A DNA stretch of 64,000 bases. Source: an uncultured Flavobacteriales bacterium. GTDB taxonomy: Bacteria > Bacteroidota > Bacteroidia > Flavobacteriales > JBLHRE01. Below are positions 17,636 through 27,934 of the stretch, one piece after another. Where the stretch lies: the NCBI GenBank assembly GCA_937139155.1, contig CAKZPI010000042.1, forward strand, positions 2,087 through 66,086, given 5' to 3'. The number at the start of each line of letters is the position of its first letter. The first letter of the stretch is position 1. The translations under genes and the position numbers were made by a program. A model generated the notes under the pieces. That model did not search any database and was not told where the DNA came from. It saw nothing but the letters and a program-made list of their open reading frames with translations.

Positions 17636-20152
17636 ATGGCAGAAAACGAAAAAATCATACCGGTTAATATAGAAGAGGAGATGAAATCATCGTACATCGA
17701 CTATTCGATGTCAGTGATTGTGTCAAGAGCATTGCCGGATGTACGTGATGGATTCAAACCTGTACACCGCCGTATTCTTTACGGTATGTATGAGCTCGGA
17801 GTAATGGCCAACAGGCCCTATAAGAAATCAGCCCGTATTGTAGGGGAGGTTCTTGGTAAGTACCACCCCCATGGTGATACCGCGGTTTATGACTCAATGG
17901 TAAGGATGGCCCAAGAATGGAGCCTTAGATACATGCTCGTAGATGGGCAAGGTAACTTTGGTTCGGTTGATGGTGACTCTCCTGCAGCTATGCGTTATAC
18001 CGAGGCTCGTCTTCAGAAAATTGCAGAGGAAATGCTCAGCGATATCGACAAGAATACCGTTGATTACCAGTTGAACTTTGACGATTCCTTAAAGGAACCT
18101 ACCGTAATGCCAACCCGAATTCCTCAGCTTCTAGTGAATGGAGCAAGTGGTATTGCTGTGGGTATGGCAACCAATATGCCTCCGCATAACCTTACTGAAT
18201 GCATCAATGCCATTTCGGCTTATATTGATGATAAAGACATTGATATTGATGGGCTAATGGAGCACATCAAGGCTCCTGATTTTCCAACCGGAGGCACCAT
18301 CTATGGTATGGACGGGGTTCGTCAAGCTTTTGAAACTGGTAGAGGTAGGGTTGTAATGCGTGCCAAAACTCGTTTTGAGGAAGTAAATGGCCGCGATTGC
18401 ATCATCGTTGAGGAAATTCCTTACCAGGTGAATAAGGCGGATATGATCAAGAAAACCGCCGATCTGGTAAATGATAAAAAAATTGAGGGCATTGCAGATA
18501 TTCGTGATGAATCCGACCGGAATGGTATGCGGATTGTCTACGTTCTTAAAATGGACGCCATCCCGAATATTGTTCTAAACACCCTGTTTAAGTACACCTC
18601 ACTTCAAACTTCTTTTTCGGTAAACAACATTGCTCTGGTTAAGGGTAGACCCGAAAGTTTGAACCTGAAAGACCTAATCCAGTACTTCGTAGAACACCGT
18701 CATGATGTTGTGGTTCGTAGAACCCAATATGAGCTTGAGCAAGCTGAGAAAAGGGCCCATGTTCTGGAAGGTTTGTTGATTGCCCTTGACAATTTAGACG
18801 AGGTTATTGCCTTGATTCGAGGGTCAAGAACTCCTGATGAGGCTAGAACAGGCTTAATGACCACTTTTAGCTTGTCTGAAATTCAAGCCAAAGCAATTCT
18901 TGATATGCGTCTTCAAAAACTTACCGGACTAGAGTCTGATAAGATCAAGGAAGAGCATGCTGAATTGATGGAGAAAATTGAATGGTTCAAGAAAATCCTT
19001 GGAGATGAGTCCATTAGAATGGGAATCATTAAGGATGAATTGGCAGAAGTTAAAGAGAAATACGGGGATGAACGTCGCACTCAAATTGAGCTTAGCGATG
19101 CCGATGTGAACATCGAAGACCTTATTCCGAACGAAACGGTTGCCATTACCATTTCACATGCCGGGTACATTAAAAGAACCCCACTTACCGAATATAGAAA
19201 GCAGGCTAGGGGAGGTACCGGCCATAAAGGGGCAACCACCCGTGATTCCGATTTCTTGGAGGATCTTTTCATTGCTACCAACCACAACTACATGCTCTTC
19301 TTTACGGAGCATGGAAAATGTTTCTGGATGAAGGTTTACGAGATTCCAGAAGGGTCTAAAACCTCCAAAGGAAGAGCTATCCAGAATCTAATAAACATTG
19401 CCCCTGACGATAAGGTAAGGGCCTTTATCAATGTAGATAACCTTAAGGATGAGGATTATATCAATAATCACTTCATCGTAATGTGTACCAAAAAGGGTAT
19501 TGTAAAGAAAACAACCCTAGAAGCATATTCCCGTCCACGTCAGAACGGTATCAATGCAATTACCATCCGAGAAGATGATTTGCTTTTAGAAGCAAAACTT
19601 ACCAATGGTGAAAATAACATCGTAATGGCTGCCACAAACGGAAAAGCCATTCGATTCCCAGAATCTGCCGTAAGACCAATGGGTAGAAATGCCTCAGGTG
19701 TACGGGGTATTAGCCTTGGTGATAAAGAAGACGTGATTGGTATGATTACCGTTGAATCCGATGAAGATCATGTATTGGTGGTTTCTGAAAAAGGATATGG
19801 AAAACGCTCTGAAGTAGGCGATTACCGAATCACCAATAGGGGAGGTAAAGGTGTGAAAACCATGAGCATTACCGATAAAACCGGAGGATTGATTGCCATC
19901 AAAAACGTGAACGATGAAAACGATTTGATGATCATCAATAAATCAGGTGTAATGATCCGTATGGGTGTGGCTGACCTTCGTGTTATGGGTCGGGCAACTC
20001 AAGGTGTACGTCTAATTAACCTCAAAAAGAACGACGAAATTGCGGCCGTGGCCAAGGTTGAAGTTGAGGAAGATGAGGAAGGTTTAGACGGTCTTGAAAA
20101 CGGAGAAGGCTTAGCTCCTGAAGGCGAAAATCCTGAGGAAAACCAGGATTAA
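17636..20152 (+). CDS. gyrA: DNA gyrase subunit A
   Basis: It has the canonical N-terminus ([28 protein letters not shown]), the active-site region [10 protein letters not shown], and C-terminal beta-pinwheel repeats with an acidic tail. Confidence 0.95.
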   Translation: MAENEKIIPVNIEEEMKSSYIDYSMSVIVSRALPDVRDGFKPVHRRILYGMYELGVMANRPYKKSARIVGEVLGKYHPHGDTAVYDSMVRMAQEWSLRYMLVDGQGNFGSVDGDSPAAMRYTEARLQKIAEEMLSDIDKNTVDYQLNFDDSLKEPTVMPTRIPQLLVNGASGIAVGMATNMPPHNLTECINAISAYIDDKDIDIDGLMEHIKAPDFPTGGTIYGMDGVRQAFETGRGRVVMRAKTRFEEVNGRDCIIVEEIPYQVNKADMIKKTADLVNDKKIEGIADIRDESDRNGMRIVYVLKMDAIPNIVLNTLFKYTSLQTSFSVNNIALVKGRPESLNLKDLIQYFVEHRHDVVVRRTQYELEQAEKRAHVLEGLLIALDNLDEVIALIRGSRTPDEARTGLMTTFSLSEIQAKAILDMRLQKLTGLESDKIKEEHAELMEKIEWFKKILGDESIRMGIIKDELAEVKEKYGDERRTQIELSDADVNIEDLIPNETVAITISHAGYIKRTPLTEYRKQARGGTGHKGATTRDSDFLEDLFIATNHNYMLFFTEHGKCFWMKVYEIPEGSKTSKGRAIQNLINIAPDDKVRAFINVDNLKDEDYINNHFIVMCTKKGIVKKTTLEAYSRPRQNGINAITIREDDLLLEAKLTNGENNIVMAATNGKAIRFPESAVRPMGRNASGVRGISLGDKEDVIGMITVESDEDHVLVVSEKGYGKRSEVGDYRITNRGGKGVKTMSITDKTGGLIAIKNVNDENDLMIINKSGVMIRMGVADLRVMGRATQGVRLINLKKNDEIAAVAKVEVEEDEEGLDGLENGEGLAPEGENPEENQD

Positions 20153-20207
20153 ATGAATTCTGGCACTGAAATTGAATAGATTTGCACGAAATAAGAAAAC
20201 TATAACC

Positions 20208-21446
20208 ATGAGAAAACTTAGCATCCTTTTTGCCCTTACCATATTTCTGGGCTTAGGAGCACAGGCACAACAGGCTGACGTGACTTCAGCCATCCTGTCT
20301 TTTCAAAAGGCCAGTTCTGGTAATGCTGAAAGAGACTGGGTAAACGCGAAAACCTATATCGACCGGGCTTGGGAAACCTACTCGGAAAAGAATGGGGCAG
20401 GGGTGAAAGAAAAAATCGCCTCTAAACTTTTCTATTATAGAGGAGAAATCTACTACTTCATGTATATAAGTAGAGATTCCGTTGTTTCAGCTTTAGCCCC
20501 TGAAAATGCTCTAGACCTAGCTTATGAATCGTATTCAGGACTTTTTGATGTAGACGTGAAAGATCGATACACCAAAGATGCCACCAAGAAATTGGCATAT
20601 GTGGCAACCGCCCATGTGAATGAGGCTTACGATCATATTGATAAGGAGAAACTAGGACGTGAACCAGGAGTTGAAGATTATGCCCAAGCTTTAACCGAAG
20701 CCGAAATGGCCTTGGAAATTCGCTCTAAAGAGCCGTTGGCAGGAAGAATTAAGGATACTTTAACTACCTACCTAGCTGCTGTACTTGCTGCAAATGCTCA
20801 AAATCCGGAAAAATCTAAGATGTACCTTAGAAAATTGATCGAAATGGATCATAAAACGGAATATGCTTATGCCGCCTTAGCGAAAACCTTGAAAGCGGAA
20901 GGAAGTACCGATGAAGCCATTTCTGTCTTGCAAGAAGGGCAAGCCAAACATCCTGATAACTTAGACCTTATCATTGAAGAGGTGAACATCTATATCCAAA
21001 ATAAGGAAAATGATAAGGCCCTTAAACCTTTGCAATCTGCAATAGCCGCTGATCCGTCAAATGCTATTTTGCATAATACCATTGGTACCATCCAGCTTCA
21101 GCTTGGAAACGAGGAAGAGGCAAGGGTTTCTTTCCTGAAGGCCGCTGAACTTGATTCTACCTTGAATGACCCTTGGTATCAATTAGGGTTTATTGAGGTT
21201 GCTAAGGCCAATGAAATCATCAAGAAGATGAATGATTTGCCTTTCGGCGATAAGCGCTACGATGCCTTGAACAAAAAGAAGGTCCAGCACTTCAAAGATG
21301 CTTTGCCGTATTTTGAAAAGGCTCTTGAGGCAGATCCGGAAAATAAAGACACCTTGGTTGCCTTGAAAGAAGTTTACTATGCTTTAGACATGCGTGACAA
21401 AATGCTAGAAGTGGTTAAAACCATGAAGGCCCTAGGTTACCAATAA
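20208..21446 (+). CDS. Secreted TPR-repeat protein
   Basis: A signal peptide (MRKLSILFALTIFLGLGAQAQ) is followed by multiple TPR-like helical repeats. The track start at 20172 is a TTG; the ATG at 20208 fits the signal peptide. Confidence 0.6.
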   Translation: MRKLSILFALTIFLGLGAQAQQADVTSAILSFQKASSGNAERDWVNAKTYIDRAWETYSEKNGAGVKEKIASKLFYYRGEIYYFMYISRDSVVSALAPENALDLAYESYSGLFDVDVKDRYTKDATKKLAYVATAHVNEAYDHIDKEKLGREPGVEDYAQALTEAEMALEIRSKEPLAGRIKDTLTTYLAAVLAANAQNPEKSKMYLRKLIEMDHKTEYAYAALAKTLKAEGSTDEAISVLQEGQAKHPDNLDLIIEEVNIYIQNKENDKALKPLQSAIAADPSNAILHNTIGTIQLQLGNEEEARVSFLKAAELDSTLNDPWYQLGFIEVAKANEIIKKMNDLPFGDKRYDALNKKKVQHFKDALPYFEKALEADPENKDTLVALKEVYYALDMRDKMLEVVKTMKALGYQ

Positions 21447-21456
21447 GATAAGAATG

Positions 21457-21486
21457 AAAGGAGCCAAGTGCTCCTTTCTTTTTAAA
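21457..21486 (+). terminator. Intrinsic terminator after the TPR gene
   Basis: AAAGGAGC-CAAGT-GCTCCTTT is followed by CTTTTT. Confidence 0.7.
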
Positions 21487-21996
21487 AGTCTTATTTGACA
21501 TAAGATTAATTATCGGACAAATGCGGAGAATCGTATCTATACCATAATTAATGCATATCTATTCAATGCATTAAGAATCCTTACAAAGAGTTCCATCCCA
21601 CTAGAATTGAATTCCTACATCCATGGATTATGGTTCAAGCTTTAATCGCCTAGCCCAATTCCATACCGGTTTGTAATAATGAATCTTCAATTCCAATTCT
21701 TTCCGGTTAAGGGAATTTAGTTATGAGAATCAGGTTTATTAATTGCCAAGCGCCTTAAGCAGGCTCAAACGGAAACAAACCTACTTACATTCCATTCTTA
21801 TCATCCAGGATAAAAAATGTCCCCGCATCACTACTACTGCAAATGCATATTCTTTACGTAGAATAAATCGCATTAATTATGTCAAGTAGAAATATGACTC
21901 ATTAAAGGGCTGAAGGAAACATCATTCTTAGTAAGGTATGTGATTTGAGATTTAGGTGAACAATACAGAGTCTTAAAAGATCCTCCCAAAAAATAA

Positions 21997-22027
21997 ATCC
22001 CGCCCAAAGGCAGGATTCAATTTTTTT
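21997..22027. terminator. Bidirectional terminator hairpin downstream of the DEAD-box helicase gene
   Basis: AATCCCGCC-CAAA-GGCAGGATT is followed by T7 on the plus strand and preceded by an A-rich run (T-rich on the minus strand). Confidence 0.6.
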
Positions 22028-22038
22028 AGATGTAGGTT

Positions 22039-23784
22039 TTAATACCTCCTTTTAGAAGAAGTACGTTTTCTTGGCGAAGACTTCCCTCTGGGTCCGCCTG
22101 AGCCACCTTGTCCTTCACGGCGTGGCTTTCTTCCACCACCTGAACGAGAACGAGATTTTGATTTAAACCCGTCTTTTGATTTCCGGCTTCCAGCATTATC
22201 ATCATTGTCGCGGTTAACCCTAAGGTCGCGGCCACCAATTTGAACACCGTCAAACTTTTGTCCGAATCCATTAGCGTACTTATCCTCAACATTGAAGAAT
22301 GTGCAGTTTTTCAAGAATTTAAGGTCTTGAATAGACTTAGCTGGACATTGAGATACTTCAGCAAGAATGTCTACCACATCAGGAGCATCAATTCCATCAA
22401 TTTTCCCAAGATTCACGAAGAAACGGGTATATCCTTTTCTTGATTCATCCCTTTTTGCTCCGGTATCGTTTAGGTTACCTTCTTTTGATTTGGATTGAAC
22501 GTCACCGAATTTCATTTGAACCATACGCTCAATAAGATCCTCTTTCGAAAGCTCTTTGAACTCTTCTAAAGCCTGATGAAAAAGTTCAGCATTATGGCCT
22601 TGAGGATCGGTTGAAATCACCTCTTGGGTCCAAAGTTTAAGGCGATTGCCTACAACTTCGTCAAATTCAGGAATCATGGCTTGTTTGAAAGTAACCTGAA
22701 GGTCTTTTTCAATGGCCTTGATTTGGCGCATTTCCTTTGAGTTCACAAAAACCAAGGAAATTCCTTTTTTACCAGCCCTTCCTGTTCTACCAGATCTATG
22801 GGTATAAATCTCCGTTTGGGTAGGAAGTTTATGGTGAATTACATGACTTAGGTTATCCACATCAATACCCCTTGCAGCTACATCCGTAGCAATCAAGAGT
22901 TGCATGTTTCTAGCTTTAAATCTAGACATAGCTTGCTCCCTAGCAGATTGGCTTAAGTCTCCGTGAAGAGGCTCAACTCCATATCCTTCGTTGGTAAGGG
23001 TATCGGCAATTTCTTGGGTTTCTCTTTTGGTTCTACAGAACATTACCCCTCTCATACTGGGGTCAAGATCTAAGAACCTTCTTAAAGCAGGAAGCTTATT
23101 GGAAGAAGTTACTTGAACATAAAGGTGTTCAATGTCTTGATTGGTCTTATTGATCTTATTCACCTGAACATCAACCGGGTCATGCATATACCTTTTGATG
23201 ATGGTGCGGATCTCTTTGGGCATGGTAGCTGAGAACAACCAGGTGTTTTTCTCGTCCGGACTTTCTTGGAATATATAATCTATATCGTCCAAAAATCCCA
23301 TGCTTAGCATTTCGTCGGCCTCGTCAAGAATCAAATACTTTAATTCGTTCAAATTAACGGCCCTTCTACGCATGAGGTCCATCAGTCTACCCGGGGTAGC
23401 AACAATGATAGACGGCTTCGACTTAAGGTCGCGCATTTGTTTGGTAATGGGAGCACCCCCATATACCACTTGAATTTCTTTTTCAAGCCTTTTGCCTGAA
23501 AGTAGTTTTAATTGTTCGGCAATCTGCAAGCCTAGTTCTCGGGTGGGAGAAAGTATTAGGGCTTGAGGATTTCGGCCTTGATTTACTTCAATTAGATCTA
23601 ATAAGGGCAAGCCAAATGCGGCCGTTTTACCAGTTCCGGTTTGAGCTTGAGCAATAAGGTCACAAGAGTTTTCTAAAAGTACAGGAATCGTTTTTTCTTG
23701 TACGGGGGTTGGCGTTTCAAAGCCAATGGATTTTAGGTTTTCCAGAATGTTTTCCGATAAACCTAAGGATTGAAAAGTTTTCAA
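22039..23784 (-). CDS. DEAD-box ATP-dependent RNA helicase (DeaD/CsdA-like) with DbpA-type RNA-binding domain and an RG-rich tail
   Basis: It has a Q motif, AQTGTGKT, DEAD, SAT and HRSGRTGRAG motifs. The C-terminal extension ends in an RSRSGGGRKPRREGQGGSGGPRGK low-complexity tail. Confidence 0.9.
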   Translation of the reverse strand: MKTFQSLGLSENILENLKSIGFETPTPVQEKTIPVLLENSCDLIAQAQTGTGKTAAFGLPLLDLIEVNQGRNPQALILSPTRELGLQIAEQLKLLSGKRLEKEIQVVYGGAPITKQMRDLKSKPSIIVATPGRLMDLMRRRAVNLNELKYLILDEADEMLSMGFLDDIDYIFQESPDEKNTWLFSATMPKEIRTIIKRYMHDPVDVQVNKINKTNQDIEHLYVQVTSSNKLPALRRFLDLDPSMRGVMFCRTKRETQEIADTLTNEGYGVEPLHGDLSQSAREQAMSRFKARNMQLLIATDVAARGIDVDNLSHVIHHKLPTQTEIYTHRSGRTGRAGKKGISLVFVNSKEMRQIKAIEKDLQVTFKQAMIPEFDEVVGNRLKLWTQEVISTDPQGHNAELFHQALEEFKELSKEDLIERMVQMKFGDVQSKSKEGNLNDTGAKRDESRKGYTRFFVNLGKIDGIDAPDVVDILAEVSQCPAKSIQDLKFLKNCTFFNVEDKYANGFGQKFDGVQIGGRDLRVNRDNDDNAGSRKSKDGFKSKSRSRSGGGRKPRREGQGGSGGPRGKSSPRKRTSSKRRY

Positions 23785-23887
23785 AGAATATGTCTTAAAT
23801 TGGGGTGCAAAGGTACGGTATTTAAATCCACTTTACACCCCAACGATTTATTTTATGCCATATGGGCGGTTTAGCTTTTCCAAACCC

Positions 23888-24304
23888 CTACTCTAGTCTG
23901 GCATTCAGCACGATATCTGATTTGAATAATTTGGAGATCGGACAATTATCTTTGGCTTCATTGGCCATGGATTGAAATTTATCCTCTGAAACTCCGTCGA
24001 TTTTGGCTCTTAGGTTAAGTTCAACCTGATTGATTTTACCTTCGTTCAAATGCACGGTTGATTCCGTGTGAATTTCATCGGCTACCAAGTCGTTCTCTTG
24101 AAGTACAAAGGCCAGTTTCATGGAAAAGCAGCCTGCATGAGCGGCCCCGATCAATTCTTCAGGATTGGTGCCTTTTTCGTCTTCAAAACGGGTAGAAAAG
24201 GAATAAGGTGTGTTTTCCAAAACCTTTGATTCGAGGCTTAAATGCCCCTTTCCAGATTTTCCGTTTCCACTCCATTTGGCTTCCGCCTTTCGTTTAATTG
24301 ACAT
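23888..24304 (-). CDS. osmC: OsmC family peroxiredoxin
   Basis: 138 aa with the two conserved Cys contexts, AHAGCFSM and KDNCPISK. Confidence 0.85.
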   Translation of the reverse strand: MSIKRKAEAKWSGNGKSGKGHLSLESKVLENTPYSFSTRFEDEKGTNPEELIGAAHAGCFSMKLAFVLQENDLVADEIHTESTVHLNEGKINQVELNLRAKIDGVSEDKFQSMANEAKDNCPISKLFKSDIVLNARLE

Positions 24305-24323
24305 GTGTTTTGTTGATTTTTAA

Positions 24324-24782
24324 TTACCAAGTTTCGTTTTTCAAATTCTGAATGGCTCGCATTACATCTCTTTGCGACAACTGCCCTAGGAGCTTTCCGT
24401 CTTTTACCACCGGAAACCTTCGAACCCTTCGTTTCAAAAAGGTGTCAGCCGCTTCAAAAATATCTATTTCAGGATCCATGGTTTCCACAACCGTAGTCAT
24501 GAAATCCCTTACCTGACCTGATTTAGAAAGCGAATTGGTATACTTTCCAGAAACAAATTCTTTCAGGCAATCTCCTTCTGAAATCACTCCACATAGCTGA
24601 CCCGCTTGGTTTACCACGGGAGCCCCAGAAATGTTTCTCTTAACCAAGGTTTGCACCACCTCATCAACGGTTTGATCCTCCTTAAAGGTTATCACGTTTT
24701 TTGACATAAAGTGCTTAATTTGAAGGTTTTGATTCTCAACCTTAGGGGGAGTTTCTTGAACTCCTCGATAACTTTTCACCAT
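24324..24782 (-). CDS. CBS-domain pair protein
   Basis: Two CBS repeats are visible (FMSKNVITF...ISGAPVV and FMTTVVETM...RRFPVV). Confidence 0.8.
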   Translation of the reverse strand: MVKSYRGVQETPPKVENQNLQIKHFMSKNVITFKEDQTVDEVVQTLVKRNISGAPVVNQAGQLCGVISEGDCLKEFVSGKYTNSLSKSGQVRDFMTTVVETMDPEIDIFEAADTFLKRRVRRFPVVKDGKLLGQLSQRDVMRAIQNLKNETW

Positions 24783-24882
24783 GGATTCTTGATTTTTTAT
24801 TGTCGAGAAAATATACGGAATCTAAAGGATAAAGTCAATTCTGCTTTTCATTCTACTTCTTATCTTATGCAAAATTAACCTC

Positions 24883-25761
24883 ATGAAAACCCATATACAT
24901 AAACCTGGAAAGCCCCTTAGTCTTAAGGAGGTACCAACCAAGTATCAAGGGGAAGTCCTTGACGAAGAAGCAGCAAAGAAGTTGCTGAAGGAAGACCGGA
25001 AGGCATTGAGAAAACTTCAGGAGAAGCTGTATGCCCATAAAAGGTATTCCTACTTACTCATCTTTCAAGCCATGGATGCCGCTGGCAAAGATTCTACCAT
25101 TAAGCACGTGATGCGTGGGGTTAATCCTCAGGGATGCATGGTTCATTCTTTTAAAGCCCCTTCTACTGAGGAAAAAGCTCATGACTTCCTTTGGCGCTGC
25201 CAGGTACGCCTTCCCCGTAAGGGAATGATAGGGATTTTCAATAGGTCTTATTATGAGGAAGTATTGGTAACTCGGGTGCATCCGGAATTTATCCTAGGCC
25301 AAAGCATTCCTGGAATTAAGTCTGTTGATGATATTAAGCCTGAATTTTGGGAAAACCGGTTTCATGCCATCAATGCCTTTGAAAAGAAATTGGTGAATTC
25401 AGGAACGATTATTCTAAAATTCTTCCTCCATGTTTCAAAAGATGAACAAGCCAAACGGTTTTTAGACCGAATCAATAGGCCCGAAAAAAACTGGAAGTTC
25501 TCAAGTCGCGACCTGGTTGAACGTGGCCATTGGGAAGATTACCAATATTCCTATCAAGAAGCCATTCAGAAAACCAGTACTGACTGGGCTCCTTGGCATA
25601 TAATTCCGGCAGATGAGAAATGGTATATGCAACATGCCGTGGCAGATATATTCAGCGATAGCTTGAAGGCATTACCCATTGATTTCCCAAAACTTAGTCC
25701 GGAGGAAATTGACCGTTTAACCGCTGCCAAAATTCAATTGATGAAAGAATTGAACAATTAG
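24883..25761 (+). CDS. ppk2: Polyphosphate kinase 2 family (polyphosphate:nucleotide phosphotransferase)
   Basis: It has a PPK2 P-loop-like motif (FQAMDAAGKDSTIKHV) and a lid region (RSYYEEVLVTRVH). The 292 aa length is typical of single-domain PPK2. Confidence 0.85.
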   Translation: MKTHIHKPGKPLSLKEVPTKYQGEVLDEEAAKKLLKEDRKALRKLQEKLYAHKRYSYLLIFQAMDAAGKDSTIKHVMRGVNPQGCMVHSFKAPSTEEKAHDFLWRCQVRLPRKGMIGIFNRSYYEEVLVTRVHPEFILGQSIPGIKSVDDIKPEFWENRFHAINAFEKKLVNSGTIILKFFLHVSKDEQAKRFLDRINRPEKNWKFSSRDLVERGHWEDYQYSYQEAIQKTSTDWAPWHIIPADEKWYMQHAVADIFSDSLKALPIDFPKLSPEEIDRLTAAKIQLMKELNN

Positions 25762-25825
25762 TCAATTTTTATTTTACCTTTGGATTGTCTTCCAATTGTA
25801 AAACAATAAACCAAAACTAATTTTC

Positions 25826-26887
25826 ATGAAAAAACATGTACTCTTTACAGGAGCCTTGGCTTTTGGCCTGATGGGAATCTCCGAAGCTCAAATTTCCATC
25901 GGACAATATGGAATGGTTTCTGGAGGAAATGAAGTAACCATTTCAACCGATACCATTGCTCCTGCCGGCTTGAAAATCACAGAATCAGGACCGGCTCAAA
26001 CCTGGGACTACTCTAATTTTCAGGCAGATGTTGATAACGATTTGTATTTTAAGCCAGCCCAATGGACCCCCTACGCTGCAAATTTCCCCAATGCCACTAC
26101 GGCGGAAGTTTTAGGTTCTGATCAGTACCTTTATTACCAACAGGATGCCGATGGAATGAATATCTTAGGGGTAACCCAAGATGCCGATGGCGATGGGAAT
26201 GTTGATATGATCCGGTTTGTGGATGAATTGGAGGCCTTGAAATTCATCCTTGAATACGGAGATCAACATCAAGATACAGGGCTTATTAGACTTGTGATTC
26301 CAGGTGATGGAATTCAATTTGATTCTGCGGTTTATACCCAATTAATTGACTATTCTTATGTAGTAGATGCCTATGGTATGATGACCACTCCTTATGGTTC
26401 TTTTAATTCTTTGCGGTTAAAAATTGAACAAGCAACCGTAGATAGCCTTTGGGTTTATCCTGTTCTTGGCGACCCCATTCTACAGGATGCTTCCGTTTCA
26501 GCTTCTAGAGAGTATGAATGGTATTCAAATGACCCCGGTTCAAGGTACTTGGTTTTTGAAGCCTATGTAGATGAACAAGATTCCATCATTGCTGGCTCTT
26601 ATTTAAAAGAAGCCCCAAGGGTTGGATTGGAAGAATTGACCAAATCTAAAATTACCACCTACCCTAACCCAGCTGCCGATCAATTGGTAATGGAGTTTAG
26701 CTCAGAGGAGGCAGAAGGTAGTATAGAGATTTATGACCTTACGGGAAGACTGGTTCATACTGAAAATGTACAAGGAAACCGAATTCAACTGGATGTATCA
26801 TCTTTTGAACAAGGATTCTACACCTACAGGTTTGTAGATGAGATTGAAAATGTAAACTCAATGGGTAAGTTTTTAATCCAGCGCTAA
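25826..26887 (+). CDS. Secreted protein with a type IX secretion C-terminal sorting domain
   Basis: An N-terminal signal peptide is present, and the C-terminal ~80 aa (TTYPNPAADQLVMEF ... IYDLTGRLV ... GFYTYRF) match the Por_Secre_tail pattern. Confidence 0.7.
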   Translation: MKKHVLFTGALAFGLMGISEAQISIGQYGMVSGGNEVTISTDTIAPAGLKITESGPAQTWDYSNFQADVDNDLYFKPAQWTPYAANFPNATTAEVLGSDQYLYYQQDADGMNILGVTQDADGDGNVDMIRFVDELEALKFILEYGDQHQDTGLIRLVIPGDGIQFDSAVYTQLIDYSYVVDAYGMMTTPYGSFNSLRLKIEQATVDSLWVYPVLGDPILQDASVSASREYEWYSNDPGSRYLVFEAYVDEQDSIIAGSYLKEAPRVGLEELTKSKITTYPNPAADQLVMEFSSEEAEGSIEIYDLTGRLVHTENVQGNRIQLDVSSFEQGFYTYRFVDEIENVNSMGKFLIQR

Positions 26888-26904
26888 ACACGTATTCCAA
26901 AATG

Positions 26905-26940
26905 AAAAAGGGGTGGATCTTTCGATTCACCCCTTTTTTG
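26905..26940. terminator. Bidirectional terminator between the T9SS substrate gene and the usp gene
   Basis: A5-GGGGTGGATC-TTTC-GATTCACCCC-T6. Confidence 0.75.
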
Positions 26941-26983
26941 TTTCATCTTAAATGATTTAACCATTTAAGGACGCCCTATCAAT

Positions 26984-27856
26984 TTACGGAAGGTCGTAAA
27001 CTACATCTTTGGATTTGGGTCTAATAGACATTACTGGCATCCTGGAATGGTAGATTATGCTTTGCGCTGCAGATCCTAAGAAAAACTCAGTGATTTGATT
27101 TTCCTCTTGGGTCATAATCATGATTAGATCGGCGTCAATTTCCTTCCCGTATTGAATTACGGCTCTTGAAAGGTCTTGGCCTTTTTCTGGGCTTACCAGT
27201 TTGGCTACACATTTTACCGATTTCCCTTTAATAAAAGTCTCTACCGAACGAATATTCCTTTTCAAGGTGTTTCTTAGGAATTCGTCATCAGAGGTAAGAA
27301 CTGAGATAATATGAACCTCTGCATTAAATAATTTAGCCAAGGCAATGCAGTGGTTTACCTTTTGCTTGGTTTCTTTTTCCAAATCAAGCGGAAGCACAAT
27401 TCGCTCTAAACCTTCCCTATGCTCTGATCCTTTGATGGTGATTACCGGACATGGGGCTGATGTAACCGTACGATAGGCGTTTGAACCAATGAAGCGCTTG
27501 GATATATTCCCTGGGCGTCCGTCGGTTCCCATGACAATGAACTTGGCGTCGATGTTGGTTGCGGCTCTTGAAATCTCTTCATAAACCACTCCTGAGGCCG
27601 TTAATACGTCAAATTCAACCCCAGATTTGCTGTATTCTTCAGCAAGTCCTTCTAAATTCTTTCGAATCTTTTGGGTATGTTCTTTTAGGGCATCTTTATC
27701 CTCTCCAAACAAACCAAAGAGGGTATTGCTTTCCTCTACCACTGCCAGAAGGGTAATCTTGGCATTCATCTTTTTGGCAAGGTTAACCGCTTGGCCAAGA
27801 GCAATTAAAGATTGATCTGAGAATCCTACCGGAACTAAAATGTTTTTATTAGGCAT
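26984..27856 (-). CDS. Universal stress protein with tandem UspA domains
   Basis: Two Usp halves each end in a G-x2-G-x9-GS-type motif (MGTDGRPGNISKRFIGSNAYRT and EFFLGSAAQSII). Confidence 0.8.
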   Translation of the reverse strand: MPNKNILVPVGFSDQSLIALGQAVNLAKKMNAKITLLAVVEESNTLFGLFGEDKDALKEHTQKIRKNLEGLAEEYSKSGVEFDVLTASGVVYEEISRAATNIDAKFIVMGTDGRPGNISKRFIGSNAYRTVTSAPCPVITIKGSEHREGLERIVLPLDLEKETKQKVNHCIALAKLFNAEVHIISVLTSDDEFLRNTLKRNIRSVETFIKGKSVKCVAKLVSPEKGQDLSRAVIQYGKEIDADLIMIMTQEENQITEFFLGSAAQSIIYHSRMPVMSIRPKSKDVVYDLP

Positions 27857-27934
27857 GCGTGTAAAAATTTCGGTGCAAAATTAAAATTTCCAATCATCAT
27901 GAAATTGCGAAAAGTCATGATTTAACAAGAGCTT

